Source: a virus. Taken from it: a DNA stretch of 64,000 bases. The notes under the pieces are model-generated. The model made no database searches and was not told where the DNA came from. It saw nothing but the letters and a program-made list of their open reading frames with translations. The DNA is taken from positions 32,001 to 96,000 of the IMG/VR virus record IMGVR_UViG_3300027917_000021; one strand, 5' to 3'. Both the position numbers and the translations under genes were made by a program. This document shows positions 45,840-55,345 of the stretch, piece after piece (within the stretch, counting starts at the first letter, position 1; every line of letters starts with the position of its first letter).

Positions 45840-46292
45840 ATGAACATACAAAGAATACAGTTTCTGGAAAAATATGCTGCCCGAGCTGAAAATCTTTTGT
45901 CACAAAAATTCGGAAAAAATTATACGCCAGAAGATGTAGAGAAACTTGCTGAAGCATTGATACGCCTGGACGTTAAGCGGGCAGCGAATATCGATCGTGT
46001 TGAAGAATTAGTCAAACAGGCACAATATACAGCAAACGCTTTTGTAAAAGAAATAAACAAAGAATTGGGAGAAGATGCTTTTGCTAAATTAGCGAAAGCA
46101 CCTTTTCTTGATGCTTTAAAGCTATTAGTAAAAGGTAAAGGATCCGAGTTCAGCCAAAAACTTATAGGAGCCTTAAAAAATACCGGCCAAAGAACGATGA
46201 AATTTGTAAAAACAGATCCTTATTTGGCTGCCGGATTTGCCGGAGCTGGTGGTGCAACTGCTCTTACTGGCCATGCTTTATTATCGGATTAA
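45840..46292 (+). CDS. scaffold paralog with C-terminal Gly/Ala module
   Basis: Aligns with 45546 (KYA..AE.LL...G..Y...DVE.LAE.LI..DV); ends AAGFAGAGGATAL. Confidence 0.65.
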   Translation: MNIQRIQFLEKYAARAENLLSQKFGKNYTPEDVEKLAEALIRLDVKRAANIDRVEELVKQAQYTANAFVKEINKELGEDAFAKLAKAPFLDALKLLVKGKGSEFSQKLIGALKNTGQRTMKFVKTDPYLAAGFAGAGGATALTGHALLSD

Positions 46293-46298
46293 ACGCGA

Positions 46299-46778
46299 AT
46301 GATTAGTTTGAGAAACTTGTTAAAAGACATAGAAGCATCTGAACAAGAGAAGCATGCCGAACAAAGTCCGGAAATTACTATTGACGATTTACGTAATACA
46401 GCAAAATCTCTTGAAAAATTAGCTTCGCCTGATCGTGAGATTGATGTGATAGCTAAATTAGCAGTTCTTATGGATATGGGTCTTACCAAAGAAGCAGCCG
46501 ATATAGTTACAAAGGCTAAAAAATATCTTTGGAAAGTAAAAGATGCAAACAGGGCTGCAAAAATAATGGAAGAAGCGGGAAATATAGAGAAGGAAACAAA
46601 GAGAATCCAAGAAGGTAAAACTCTTGCTAAATATAAATGGCCTGCTATTGCAACCGCTGGTACAGTAGGTGGTTTGTATTTAGGTTCACAAATATCTGAA
46701 AAAAACAAAAAAGATGAACTTAAAAACGTTGCTCGTAAATACTTCTCTCTTGGCCGACAATCCGCAGGAGGAGCATAA
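46299..46778 (+). CDS. head-associated protein with KxA sites and TM-like segment
   Basis: EKHA, EKLA, AKLA, TKEA; AIATAGTVGGLYLG. Confidence 0.6.
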   Translation: MISLRNLLKDIEASEQEKHAEQSPEITIDDLRNTAKSLEKLASPDREIDVIAKLAVLMDMGLTKEAADIVTKAKKYLWKVKDANRAAKIMEEAGNIEKETKRIQEGKTLAKYKWPAIATAGTVGGLYLGSQISEKNKKDELKNVARKYFSLGRQSAGGA

Positions 46779-47122
46779 TGAGTTTTGAAAAAACAGCTCA
46801 AGAACACTATAATTTTTTACTAGAAGAATATGAAAAATCACACGGTGCAGAAGAACGTGAGAAGCTCGCAATGACCGTAGTTACCAAAATGGTAGAGCGC
46901 GCAGATCTCACAGAGCCCGGTGAGGTTTTAGAAAAGTTGGCAGAACTTCGCCAACAAACAACAGAGGACTTAAAAATTCTCGAAAAAGCGGTCGAGTTGG
47001 GTAGAATTCCTGGGGGTGAGGGACCCACAAAAACAGCGTCAGCTTCGCTGGGTTCCCTAGCGGAGATCCCAAGCGGAGATGACCAGGATAATCTAACAAA
47101 ATTTCTACTCGAAGATTATTAA
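46778..47122 (+). CDS. scaffold-like protein (MSFEKTA start)
   Basis: FEKTA, EKLA x2, TKTA; AGGAGG RBS; just upstream of decoration/MCP genes. Confidence 0.6.
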   Translation: MSFEKTAQEHYNFLLEEYEKSHGAEEREKLAMTVVTKMVERADLTEPGEVLEKLAELRQQTTEDLKILEKAVELGRIPGGEGPTKTASASLGSLAEIPSGDDQDNLTKFLLEDY

Positions 47123-47145
47123 AAATAACGTAAGGAGATGCCCGA

Positions 47146-47607
47146 ATGTTAAGAGTTATTTCCGATTTAACACTGTGCGATCGTTTCGATAAAGAATATG
47201 AAGCTGGTGTAGCTACGAGCGGTGTTGCTGGAATGTGGGTCACTTTGAACTCAAGTGGAAAATTTGACCTTACAGCCACATCTACTGCAACTGGCTTAAG
47301 CTATCAGATCTGGAACGAAAGTAATCGCGATGGCACAGCCGGATTTAGCCCTGATGTTGGCGCAACTACTAAAGTTTCCGTTCTTAAAGGCAGTTATCGT
47401 GCACAAACTGACCAAATAGAAAGTTCTGCATATACTGCAGCTTCTGTTGGTGATGCACTAATGGCTGGAGACGACGGTTTACTTGTAGCTGCATCTGATG
47501 ATGCGGACGGCGCAAAAGCAACAGTGGCTTGGGTAACAGCCAAATTAGGATCTGTTACATATCTTGGCACTACTTACACTAACGTTGTTGAAATACACGT
47601 GAAATAA
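47146..47607 (+). CDS. capsid decoration/cement protein
   Basis: 153 aa beta-rich, VGDAL...DGLL pattern, immediately upstream of MCP; AAGGAG RBS. Confidence 0.6.
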   Translation: MLRVISDLTLCDRFDKEYEAGVATSGVAGMWVTLNSSGKFDLTATSTATGLSYQIWNESNRDGTAGFSPDVGATTKVSVLKGSYRAQTDQIESSAYTAASVGDALMAGDDGLLVAASDDADGAKATVAWVTAKLGSVTYLGTTYTNVVEIHVK

Positions 47608-47621
47608 AGGAGAATAGACTA

Positions 47622-48542
47622 ATGGCTGATGTTCCTGCTAATGTAATTAACGAATTGTTCGTTTCTAAGCTGGATCAACCTGAAGGTCGCGAAAAGCTGG
47701 CTGCTGAAGGCTCTGCCTTCATTCGTACAAAGCTGCGTGAAGTATCCTTTGCACGTAAAATCATCAACCCAGTGTATGTGACCAAAGCTGATCTACAAAG
47801 ATCCGTACAACATGACGGTTTGGTAAAAATCGTCGATATTGAGCCTGATTCTGCAGCAATGGCTATCAACTTCCGTGGTGGAGCTGATACCCGTTACGTA
47901 GAAGGCGAACGCTACGAGATTCCTTTCTTCATGATTACTTCTGAAGATTTTCAGAAAACTGAAGAGGAACTGTTAGCGTATGAAATGCCGATTACAGACG
48001 TTATCGAAAGAAACTCTGTAAAAGACATCCAAGAAATTGAAGATAGTGCATTCATTACTCGTGTCAACGCAGCAATTGCAGTGTCTGGAAAATCAAATGT
48101 TGCTGTAACTACTTCTGGTGGTTATATTGACAAAACAGTTTTTGCGACATTGTTTAACCTGCTTGAAGCCGGTGGTGGCACAGTAGATCGTCTAAAAACA
48201 GAAGTTGTTCTTATGAACAACCAAGATTATAATGATCTATTACTATGGGAAGCCAACAGTGTAGGCGACCAAGTTGGTGCAGAAATCACTGTCAATGGTT
48301 ATACGTATGCAACTCTTTTTGGTAAGAGACTTATTGTAACCAATAAAGCAGATTTAGTTCCTGCAAAAACTATTTATGCCTTTGCAGCACAAGAGTTCTT
48401 AGGAAACTTTTTTATCCTGAACGATACACGGTTCTGGATTGACAAGAAAAAGAACCTGGTAACATGGAGTGCATATGAAAGCATTGGTATGGGTATCGGA
48501 AATATCCGTGCAGTTGCATCTGTTACTTGGACAAGCGCGTAA
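47622..48542 (+). CDS. major capsid protein (HK97 fold)
   Basis: Strong RBS and terminator; LREVSFARKI, IQEIEDSAF, LMN..DY.DL, YESIGMGIGN. Confidence 0.85.
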   Translation: MADVPANVINELFVSKLDQPEGREKLAAEGSAFIRTKLREVSFARKIINPVYVTKADLQRSVQHDGLVKIVDIEPDSAAMAINFRGGADTRYVEGERYEIPFFMITSEDFQKTEEELLAYEMPITDVIERNSVKDIQEIEDSAFITRVNAAIAVSGKSNVAVTTSGGYIDKTVFATLFNLLEAGGGTVDRLKTEVVLMNNQDYNDLLLWEANSVGDQVGAEITVNGYTYATLFGKRLIVTNKADLVPAKTIYAFAAQEFLGNFFILNDTRFWIDKKKNLVTWSAYESIGMGIGNIRAVASVTWTSA

Positions 48543-48567
48543 TAGCGACTTAAAACATTAATAAATT

Positions 48568-48600
48568 AAGGGAGTTTATTCATTTAAACTCCCTTTTTTT
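48568..48600 (+). terminator. intrinsic terminator after MCP
   Basis: AAGGGAGTTTA-TTCATT-TAAACTCCCTT + T run. Confidence 0.85.
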
Positions 48601-48661
48601 ATTTGATTTTGGGCTTATTTTTTCATAAATTTAATTAGAAATAATTTAACCAAATAAACTT

Positions 48662-48865
48662 ATGGAACCACAAACAATTCAAATTAAAGATATTATCTTC
48701 AATATAGTTAAAACCAAAAAGAAAATTGAGGCTTTAAAAAGGGATTTGGCTATGCTAGAATCTCAGGTTGATCAACAACAAAAATTTTTAGAAGAGTCTG
48801 TAGTAGATGAAATTCTACAAAGGGCCTCAGTTCCTGCCGAGAAACCACAAAAAGACAAAACCTAA
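48662..48865 (+). CDS. small coiled-coil protein
   Basis: Own TTGATT-N17-TAAATT promoter at 48603-48631. Confidence 0.55.
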   Translation: MEPQTIQIKDIIFNIVKTKKKIEALKRDLAMLESQVDQQQKFLEESVVDEILQRASVPAEKPQKDKT

Positions 48866-48877
48866 TAGTTTTTGTTA

Positions 48878-48906
48878 TTGACATATTGCCTTAAATGTAA
48901 TATATT
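48878..48906 (+). promoter_or_regulatory. sigma70-type promoter of tail/appendage operon
   Basis: TTGACA-N17-TATATT; leader hairpin ACTGCAAAA..TTTTGCAGT. Confidence 0.8.
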
Positions 48907-48987
48907 TTTGTATATGTCGACTGCAAAAAATATAAGCTTTTGCAGTGACATCTGTAAAAGCTTATAAAATAACAAGGAGAAAATTTA

Positions 48988-50751
48988 ATGGCTATAGTTG
49001 ATACTGACTGGAGAGTCACAAGAGCTACGGGTGCCATAGAATATATCGGAGATGATCATGATGGTGTTGCTCCATCTTATGCTACCGTTATTGAATTTCA
49101 CAGATGGTTACAAGATTTAGCGGATGACGCAGTCGCTACCGGTGATGATCAACTTGATATTACTAATTTTGACCCATCTAGACGTTCAACGGATAACATT
49201 ATTACATTAATTAATGGTTATGCTATTACTGATACCGAAGCAGAACATTTGTATGATGGATCTATTATACAAGACGGTGGGGATACAATTTATGATGGTA
49301 TTGTGAATTTTGGTAATACTGACGTACAAATTCAGATTATCCAGAGTGGTGTTGTATTATCGGATGACTGGTGGAATTATGGTGATGGAGTATATGGTGC
49401 AGGTGGATTAAATTATAATGCAACTGCTGGTATTTCCCATAGATTTATGTTGAAAACTCGTATTAATGGCAATGATATAGATAATAGAAAAATTATCGGT
49501 ACGGCTCGTAGATTCGGATATACTTACTCAGAATTTAAAATTAATGCTACTGCACGTGGTAATAACGTTTTGGCGCTTACCGACACGGAAGATTTAAACA
49601 ACGTTACTGCTTCCGGAGTTGTTTCAGGGTGGTCATCAATATCTAATAACAACGAAGGATATGTTGGAATAGATGTAGACAATAATGGAACGCCAGAATA
49701 TTACTATTCAGAATGGGACAGAGATACTTATTCTATAAACCAATTTTATGAAAGATTAAAATTCCTTACAAGAGATACTTCACAGGATGGATTAGGATCA
49801 TCGACACTTTATGGTTTAGATGGTGAGCTATTTAGAGGAATAACACATCAAGTAGCAATTAGTTCCCCAACGGGAACATTTGTAGAACCAGAATATGTAT
49901 GGTGGGGAGCAGACGCTACTTTCGGAGCTGGCCAATTAATGGCAATAGATAGTGTTACTGCTGGAACAAAAATGTGGATTCAACTTTTATTAGGAGTTGT
50001 TCCGAACGCTAATACTATTTATGGTACTGGTGGTGGACAAGCTACCGCAGGTACTGTAACTGAAAGAACTATTTCAACACCGTTTGTTGGAGCTTCTACC
50101 GGATCAGCACTTATTGGGTCTTATGGACTAGGTGTAGAATATACAGATTTAACAGCTGCTGATAAAGTTACTGATCTAAATGGTAATGTAATAACTCCTC
50201 CTAACTATGTAACTAATACTATTGGTACTGTTATAACAGGTGATAGAATATTAGTTGCACCGTGGGATGGAGTATCACTCGATACCAATAATGATCCCGA
50301 GATACAAAAAGGTCAAATGACTCTTGGCATAAATTTAACAACTGACGATATAACAGAAATAGCTGTAACAGATGGATTTGATACTGCGATTCCACCCGAT
50401 ACACCATCTACTGGATTTATTCGTGTAACAGATGATGACGGATTTGAAAGACGTTTGCATTATACTTCATACGTTGGACAAACATTTTTTATTGATACAG
50501 ATGATGGAAATGAAGATTTTGCGGGAGTTAATGCGACTTCTGGAAATGATGTATATATTGCTTATTTAGATTTGCAAGTATCTGGAACCTCTGCACAATA
50601 CACAGCTGTTTATGACCAGGTTGGTGGAGATAGAGATTTAGTAGCATTAGTAAGAAATGGTGGAGGATCGCCAATTAAACAATTTATTTCAGGTTGGTCA
50701 TTTACGTCTTCCGCACAAACTTTGAATGCTATTAGAACTACTGACTTATAA
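48988..50751 (+). CDS. virion structural protein (acidic, beta-rich)
   Basis: 587 aa Gly/Thr/Asp-rich; AAGGAG RBS; first gene of structural operon. Confidence 0.65.
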   Translation: MAIVDTDWRVTRATGAIEYIGDDHDGVAPSYATVIEFHRWLQDLADDAVATGDDQLDITNFDPSRRSTDNIITLINGYAITDTEAEHLYDGSIIQDGGDTIYDGIVNFGNTDVQIQIIQSGVVLSDDWWNYGDGVYGAGGLNYNATAGISHRFMLKTRINGNDIDNRKIIGTARRFGYTYSEFKINATARGNNVLALTDTEDLNNVTASGVVSGWSSISNNNEGYVGIDVDNNGTPEYYYSEWDRDTYSINQFYERLKFLTRDTSQDGLGSSTLYGLDGELFRGITHQVAISSPTGTFVEPEYVWWGADATFGAGQLMAIDSVTAGTKMWIQLLLGVVPNANTIYGTGGGQATAGTVTERTISTPFVGASTGSALIGSYGLGVEYTDLTAADKVTDLNGNVITPPNYVTNTIGTVITGDRILVAPWDGVSLDTNNDPEIQKGQMTLGINLTTDDITEIAVTDGFDTAIPPDTPSTGFIRVTDDDGFERRLHYTSYVGQTFFIDTDDGNEDFAGVNATSGNDVYIAYLDLQVSGTSAQYTAVYDQVGGDRDLVALVRNGGGSPIKQFISGWSFTSSAQTLNAIRTTDL

Positions 50752-50765
50752 CAAATAATAGCCTT

Positions 50766-51098
50766 ATGAATGATCGCAAGATCAAGGATAAAGTTGAGTG
50801 CATAATGTGTGGCTACTGTTGTGGCTACAGGCGGAATTATGAATTTGGTGGTGCGTCTTATATGCCAGATGAGGAAGTGCCAGAAAATATAGAAGTAGTA
50901 AAGTCTGAAGAAGGTTTTACTATTCCCGTAGATGAAGATGATGTTTGTATATATCTTGAAAAATTGGATAATGGATTTACAAGATGTACTATCCAAGATA
51001 AAAAACCACGAATGTGCAAGTTATACTATTGTTTGACTGAAAATAAAGTTAAACGATTGAAAGTTATAGTAGACGAACTTAAAGAGAAGTGTGAGTAA
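50766..51098 (+). CDS. YkgJ-like CxxCxxCC Zn/Fe-chelating protein
   Basis: CIMCGYCC...CIYL...CTIQDKKPRMCKLYYC. Confidence 0.8.
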   Translation: MNDRKIKDKVECIMCGYCCGYRRNYEFGGASYMPDEEVPENIEVVKSEEGFTIPVDEDDVCIYLEKLDNGFTRCTIQDKKPRMCKLYYCLTENKVKRLKVIVDELKEKCE

Positions 51099-52897
51099 TG
51101 GCAACAGCAACATTAGGATTAATAAATTATACAGAAATCAATGATGCTGATTCTGCTACAGATTGGACAGAATTTACTACACCAGACGCTGACGTAAAAA
51201 AAGAAGGACTTAATGCACTGTCTGGAGTTCTTCGTGCGGATGGTGAGCATGGTTGGTATTTAGCCGGTTCTCCTATATCTTGTGCTGGGCAACATCTTCG
51301 TATGTGGGTAAATACTACTAACCTTCCTTATATGGAAGATACTGCCGGTGGCGGTTATCAAATGTCTGTATATGATAGTACAAATACCGATTATTATACG
51401 ATATTTAGTTCTGATGATTATGGTGGGGGGTGGTTTAATGCTGTTGTTGATTGTGCTCTCTTTACAACAGTAACACCTGCGAATGTTATTCGTTGGGGTA
51501 TATATGCCAATCATACAACAAATGCTAAGAATGTTATTAATACCTGGGTAGATTACTTTCGTTATATGGACGGATATTATATCACTGGTGGAACATCTGG
51601 TGATAAGGTTCGTCTTAGTGATGTTGCTATAGCTGATAAAGGCACTACTACCCTTTATGGATACGGCATAGTTGAAGAATACGAAGACACTTATTTTTCA
51701 TCCGGCGAGATTCAGATTGGTAACGGAGCCACAACTACTTATTTTGAGATGGATGGTGACGTTCTCGTATTCACAGATAAACCTGTTGCTGACGGATTAT
51801 ACAAATTAACAGCCGACGGCGCTGGCTGTAATTTAACAATTAAAGACTCTACTATTAAAGCTTCTGGATCCGGAGATGACAATAGGCCGGATATAGACAT
51901 GGTTACTGGAAGTCCAAATTCTGTTTCTATAACTGGTAGTGTTGTTAACCGTGCTGGAACATGTAGCTTTATGTCTGGTCAGACAATTACGAACAATATT
52001 TTTAATAACTGTGAACAGATAATTCCCAGTGGTGCTGCAATGGTTGGTAGTACAGTTAAAGGATATGAAGGTACAACAGGGACGGGGGCTCTTTTTTATG
52101 GTATCAATGCAGACCCTGATGGAGAATTGGATGCTATGTCTTTTAGCATGGGAACTGCTTTAACGCATGCAATTGAGTTTGGCATATCCGCTCCTCCTGA
52201 AATGACATTACGAGATATTGATTTTTCTGGATATCATGTAAGTGGTGCTCAAAATGATTCAACTCTATATTTTCCAGATAAAGGTACAGATACAACCTGG
52301 ACTGTTAATTTAGTAGGATGTACAGGAAATATAAGTTATACCCAAGCAAGAGGAGGCGATACAGTTGACCTTGTCATTGATCCAGTTACTACAGAAATAA
52401 CAGTAAGAGACATTACTACTGCTTCTGGTATTCAGGGTGCCAGGGTTTTAGCATGGGTAACCGATAATGCTAATTGGTTTTATAATGCATCAGTGGGTAT
52501 AACAGGGACAGGAACTACTGCAACAGTAGCACATAATTCACATGGACTTAGTACAGGAGATAATATAATTATAGAAGGTGCTAATGAGGATGTTTATAAT
52601 GGAGCATATACAATAACTGTAACCGGTGTAGATGAATATGAATATACAACTAATGAAACTATTGGAACATCTCCAGCAACTGGCACAATCACATCCACTT
52701 TTGCGATATTAAATGGAACTACGGATGCTGCTGGAGAAATAAGCGATACTAGATCTTTTTCATTTAATCAGCCTATTTTAGGAAGAGTTAGAAAGGCAAC
52801 AGCACCACCACCATATTATCAAGCAGGCCCTATAACAGGAGAAATTGATAAAGAGAGTGGATTTTCTTTAATAGTACAATTAATTCAAGACGAATAA
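51098..52897 (+). CDS. virion structural/appendage protein with FCCH-like domain
   Basis: TATVAHNSHGLSTGDNIIIEGA....YNG.YTIT module common in phage tail proteins. Confidence 0.65.
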   Translation: MATATLGLINYTEINDADSATDWTEFTTPDADVKKEGLNALSGVLRADGEHGWYLAGSPISCAGQHLRMWVNTTNLPYMEDTAGGGYQMSVYDSTNTDYYTIFSSDDYGGGWFNAVVDCALFTTVTPANVIRWGIYANHTTNAKNVINTWVDYFRYMDGYYITGGTSGDKVRLSDVAIADKGTTTLYGYGIVEEYEDTYFSSGEIQIGNGATTTYFEMDGDVLVFTDKPVADGLYKLTADGAGCNLTIKDSTIKASGSGDDNRPDIDMVTGSPNSVSITGSVVNRAGTCSFMSGQTITNNIFNNCEQIIPSGAAMVGSTVKGYEGTTGTGALFYGINADPDGELDAMSFSMGTALTHAIEFGISAPPEMTLRDIDFSGYHVSGAQNDSTLYFPDKGTDTTWTVNLVGCTGNISYTQARGGDTVDLVIDPVTTEITVRDITTASGIQGARVLAWVTDNANWFYNASVGITGTGTTATVAHNSHGLSTGDNIIIEGANEDVYNGAYTITVTGVDEYEYTTNETIGTSPATGTITSTFAILNGTTDAAGEISDTRSFSFNQPILGRVRKATAPPPYYQAGPITGEIDKESGFSLIVQLIQDE

Positions 52898-52911
52898 ACC
52901 AAAATAAAACA

Positions 52912-53196
52912 ATGGCAAACGAAGAAGTAAAAAAGATGGAAGCAGGAGAGATGGAACTCCGTAAAACATTTGAGGATGTTACTAAACAAAATGTACAAGC
53001 AAGTATAGATTTTTCTAATGAAACCAGAAAACTATTTAGAGAATTAGAAGATAAATTTAAACATCTAGAAAATACGGTATTAAGTCAAATTCAGTTAATA
53101 GAAGGACTTAAACAACAATTGTCTTTTGTGCAACGTACTCTATATGCAGGAGGAACGGAGCAACCAATAAATCCGACTGTAAAAAGCGATGGATAA
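52912..53196 (+). CDS. coiled-coil protein
   Basis: 94 aa heptad pattern. Confidence 0.6.
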   Translation: MANEEVKKMEAGEMELRKTFEDVTKQNVQASIDFSNETRKLFRELEDKFKHLENTVLSQIQLIEGLKQQLSFVQRTLYAGGTEQPINPTVKSDG

Positions 53197-53202
53197 TTTT
53201 AA

Positions 53203-54657
53203 ATGGCAATATCAATTGATTGGGCAACAAAAACCATAAATGTACCTCAGGCAGATTTAACACATATCACAGGAACATTGTATGAATTAGATACGGATAC
53301 TTTTAGATTAACTTTAAAAGCACTGGAAGCTTCCGAGTATGGTATGCCAAATCTTGTTACACATAGACATAATACACAAGTTACTGTTGCCGGTGTAACT
53401 TATGCTCGAACAGTTGAAATTATAAGTGGATATTCTGTTACTTTTGAAGATGGACAATATAGTGTTAGACTTGTAGGATCAAATAATAATATTTTTGATA
53501 TTCAAAATGGTATTTTAACACAAAATCAAGTACAGGTTATTCCTACAAACTCTGCAGGGCTTATCGCGGTTAATACTGGTTCAGGAGTCACGGAACAGGA
53601 TAAACTTGATATTGCCGATAGAGTGTGGGATGAAAGTAAAGATGACCATACTACAATAGACACATTTGGTGCAAAAAATCAGAACCTTGTTCCATCAGAA
53701 AATATAGACGACTATAAAGGTGGCACGGTAGATGTAAATTACTCAGGGATAACTGCTGCTGTATGGGATGCACAGCTTTCTGAATATACACTTTCTGGAT
53801 CAGCAGGATATGCACTTGGCAATGTTTCGGCCGGATCAGATCCTGGACAAATTGCTGATGCTGTATGGGATGAATTGAGGGCAGAGCATACTTCCGTTGG
53901 CAGTTTTGGTGAAAAGAATCAACTTGGTGTGCCTTCTGAGAACTTGGATGACTATAAAGCCACTGATGTAAGTGTTAGTGCCTCAGGTATAGCAGATGCT
54001 GTATGGGATGAAGTACTAACTGATCATAATATTGCTGGTACTTTTGGCTCAAAGAATCAGAATTTGGTTCCTTCAGAGAATATAGAAGATTATAAAGGTG
54101 GAACGGTAGATATTAATTATTCTGGAATTTCAGACGCAGTATGGGATGTACAATTATCTGGTTATCAAATTCCAGGATCAGCAGGATATACATTAGATAA
54201 TGTTTCAGCCGGCTCAGATCCTGCAACAATTGCGGATGCAGTGTGGGATGAGCAAACAGCTGAACATCAAATTGCAGGAACAACAGGAGAACAAATAGAT
54301 AAATTAACTTTTGATGCGTCTAATAACATACAAACAAGAGTTAATGATGCAGGAATACTAAACAACATATCAACTGGCGATGTGGCAATTGCTATATGGA
54401 ACGCTATTACAACGGATCATGTTACGCCAGGCACGTTTGGTGATGCGATAAGACGAACATTAGGATTATCAAAACAAAATATTAGAATAATAAATCAGGT
54501 TTTTGATAATGCTGGCCGTTTAGTCTCATCAACAATAAGAATATTTGAAAATGCCACAGATCTAGAAAATAATGCGAATTATATAGCGGAATATAAAATG
54601 ACCGCAACATATGACGCACAAGGTAAAAATACAAATTACCAAGTAAAAGAAAGTTAA
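53203..54657 (+). CDS. structural protein with IADAVWDE repeats
   Basis: About 7 (I/A)xxxVWD repeats with a long internal duplication (KNQNLVPSENI.DYKGGTVD.NYSGI). Confidence 0.7.
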   Translation: MAISIDWATKTINVPQADLTHITGTLYELDTDTFRLTLKALEASEYGMPNLVTHRHNTQVTVAGVTYARTVEIISGYSVTFEDGQYSVRLVGSNNNIFDIQNGILTQNQVQVIPTNSAGLIAVNTGSGVTEQDKLDIADRVWDESKDDHTTIDTFGAKNQNLVPSENIDDYKGGTVDVNYSGITAAVWDAQLSEYTLSGSAGYALGNVSAGSDPGQIADAVWDELRAEHTSVGSFGEKNQLGVPSENLDDYKATDVSVSASGIADAVWDEVLTDHNIAGTFGSKNQNLVPSENIEDYKGGTVDINYSGISDAVWDVQLSGYQIPGSAGYTLDNVSAGSDPATIADAVWDEQTAEHQIAGTTGEQIDKLTFDASNNIQTRVNDAGILNNISTGDVAIAIWNAITTDHVTPGTFGDAIRRTLGLSKQNIRIINQVFDNAGRLVSSTIRIFENATDLENNANYIAEYKMTATYDAQGKNTNYQVKES

Positions 54658-54669
54658 CGGAGGAAATAA

Positions 54670-55140
54670 ATGGCCGGTTTTACTAATAGAGGGAAACTAA
54701 GAGTTTTGGAAATGGTATTTAGACAAGAATACGCTGGTGGTTCTTTACCAACCAACTTATACATTGCTCTATGTACTGTTGACAATGTACCAGATGCTGA
54801 TACAAACACGCTTGCTGATCTTACTCAAATAGCTACTGGAAATGGTTATACTGATGGAGGATATCAACTAAGCTTTGGAGCAACAGACTTTGACGTACAA
54901 AATGAGGTAGATGCTTCAGATTATTCATATATTCAAATTAAAGATGTTGTATGGACAGCTTCTGGCGGCGAACTTCCAAGTTCAGGCAACGGAGCAAGAT
55001 ACGCTGTTTTAACAGACGACAATGGCACAGTTGCAAACAGAGAAGTATTGACATACTGGGATCTAACAAGTGCCCGTAGTGTGTCTGATGGACAATCTCT
55101 TACCCTACAAAACTGTGAATTAAGATTAACTGAAACTTAA
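54670..55140 (+). CDS. tail/fibre-associated structural protein
   Basis: LYIAL, GNGYTDGG, DVVWTASGG, ARYAVL pattern; GGAGG RBS. Confidence 0.65.
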   Translation: MAGFTNRGKLRVLEMVFRQEYAGGSLPTNLYIALCTVDNVPDADTNTLADLTQIATGNGYTDGGYQLSFGATDFDVQNEVDASDYSYIQIKDVVWTASGGELPSSGNGARYAVLTDDNGTVANREVLTYWDLTSARSVSDGQSLTLQNCELRLTET

Positions 55141-55176
55141 TAGTTAGTTAATTAATTTAGTTTATCACGATCAGTG

Positions 55177-55210
55177 GAAGGGGGGAGGAACATATCTTCC
55201 CCCTTTTTTG
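55177..55210 (+). terminator. intrinsic terminator
   Basis: AAGGGGGAGGA..TCTTCCCCCTT + T run. Confidence 0.7.
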
Positions 55211-55345
55211 TAATAACAATTCTAATAACTGTAAAATTAACAGGAGATTTATGACACAACTTATAGTTAATAAAGATATTGGACTGAATAAGAGAATGGA
55301 ACAAAAAATAAGGAAAAATAAACACTTGATTAATAAGGAAATAAT

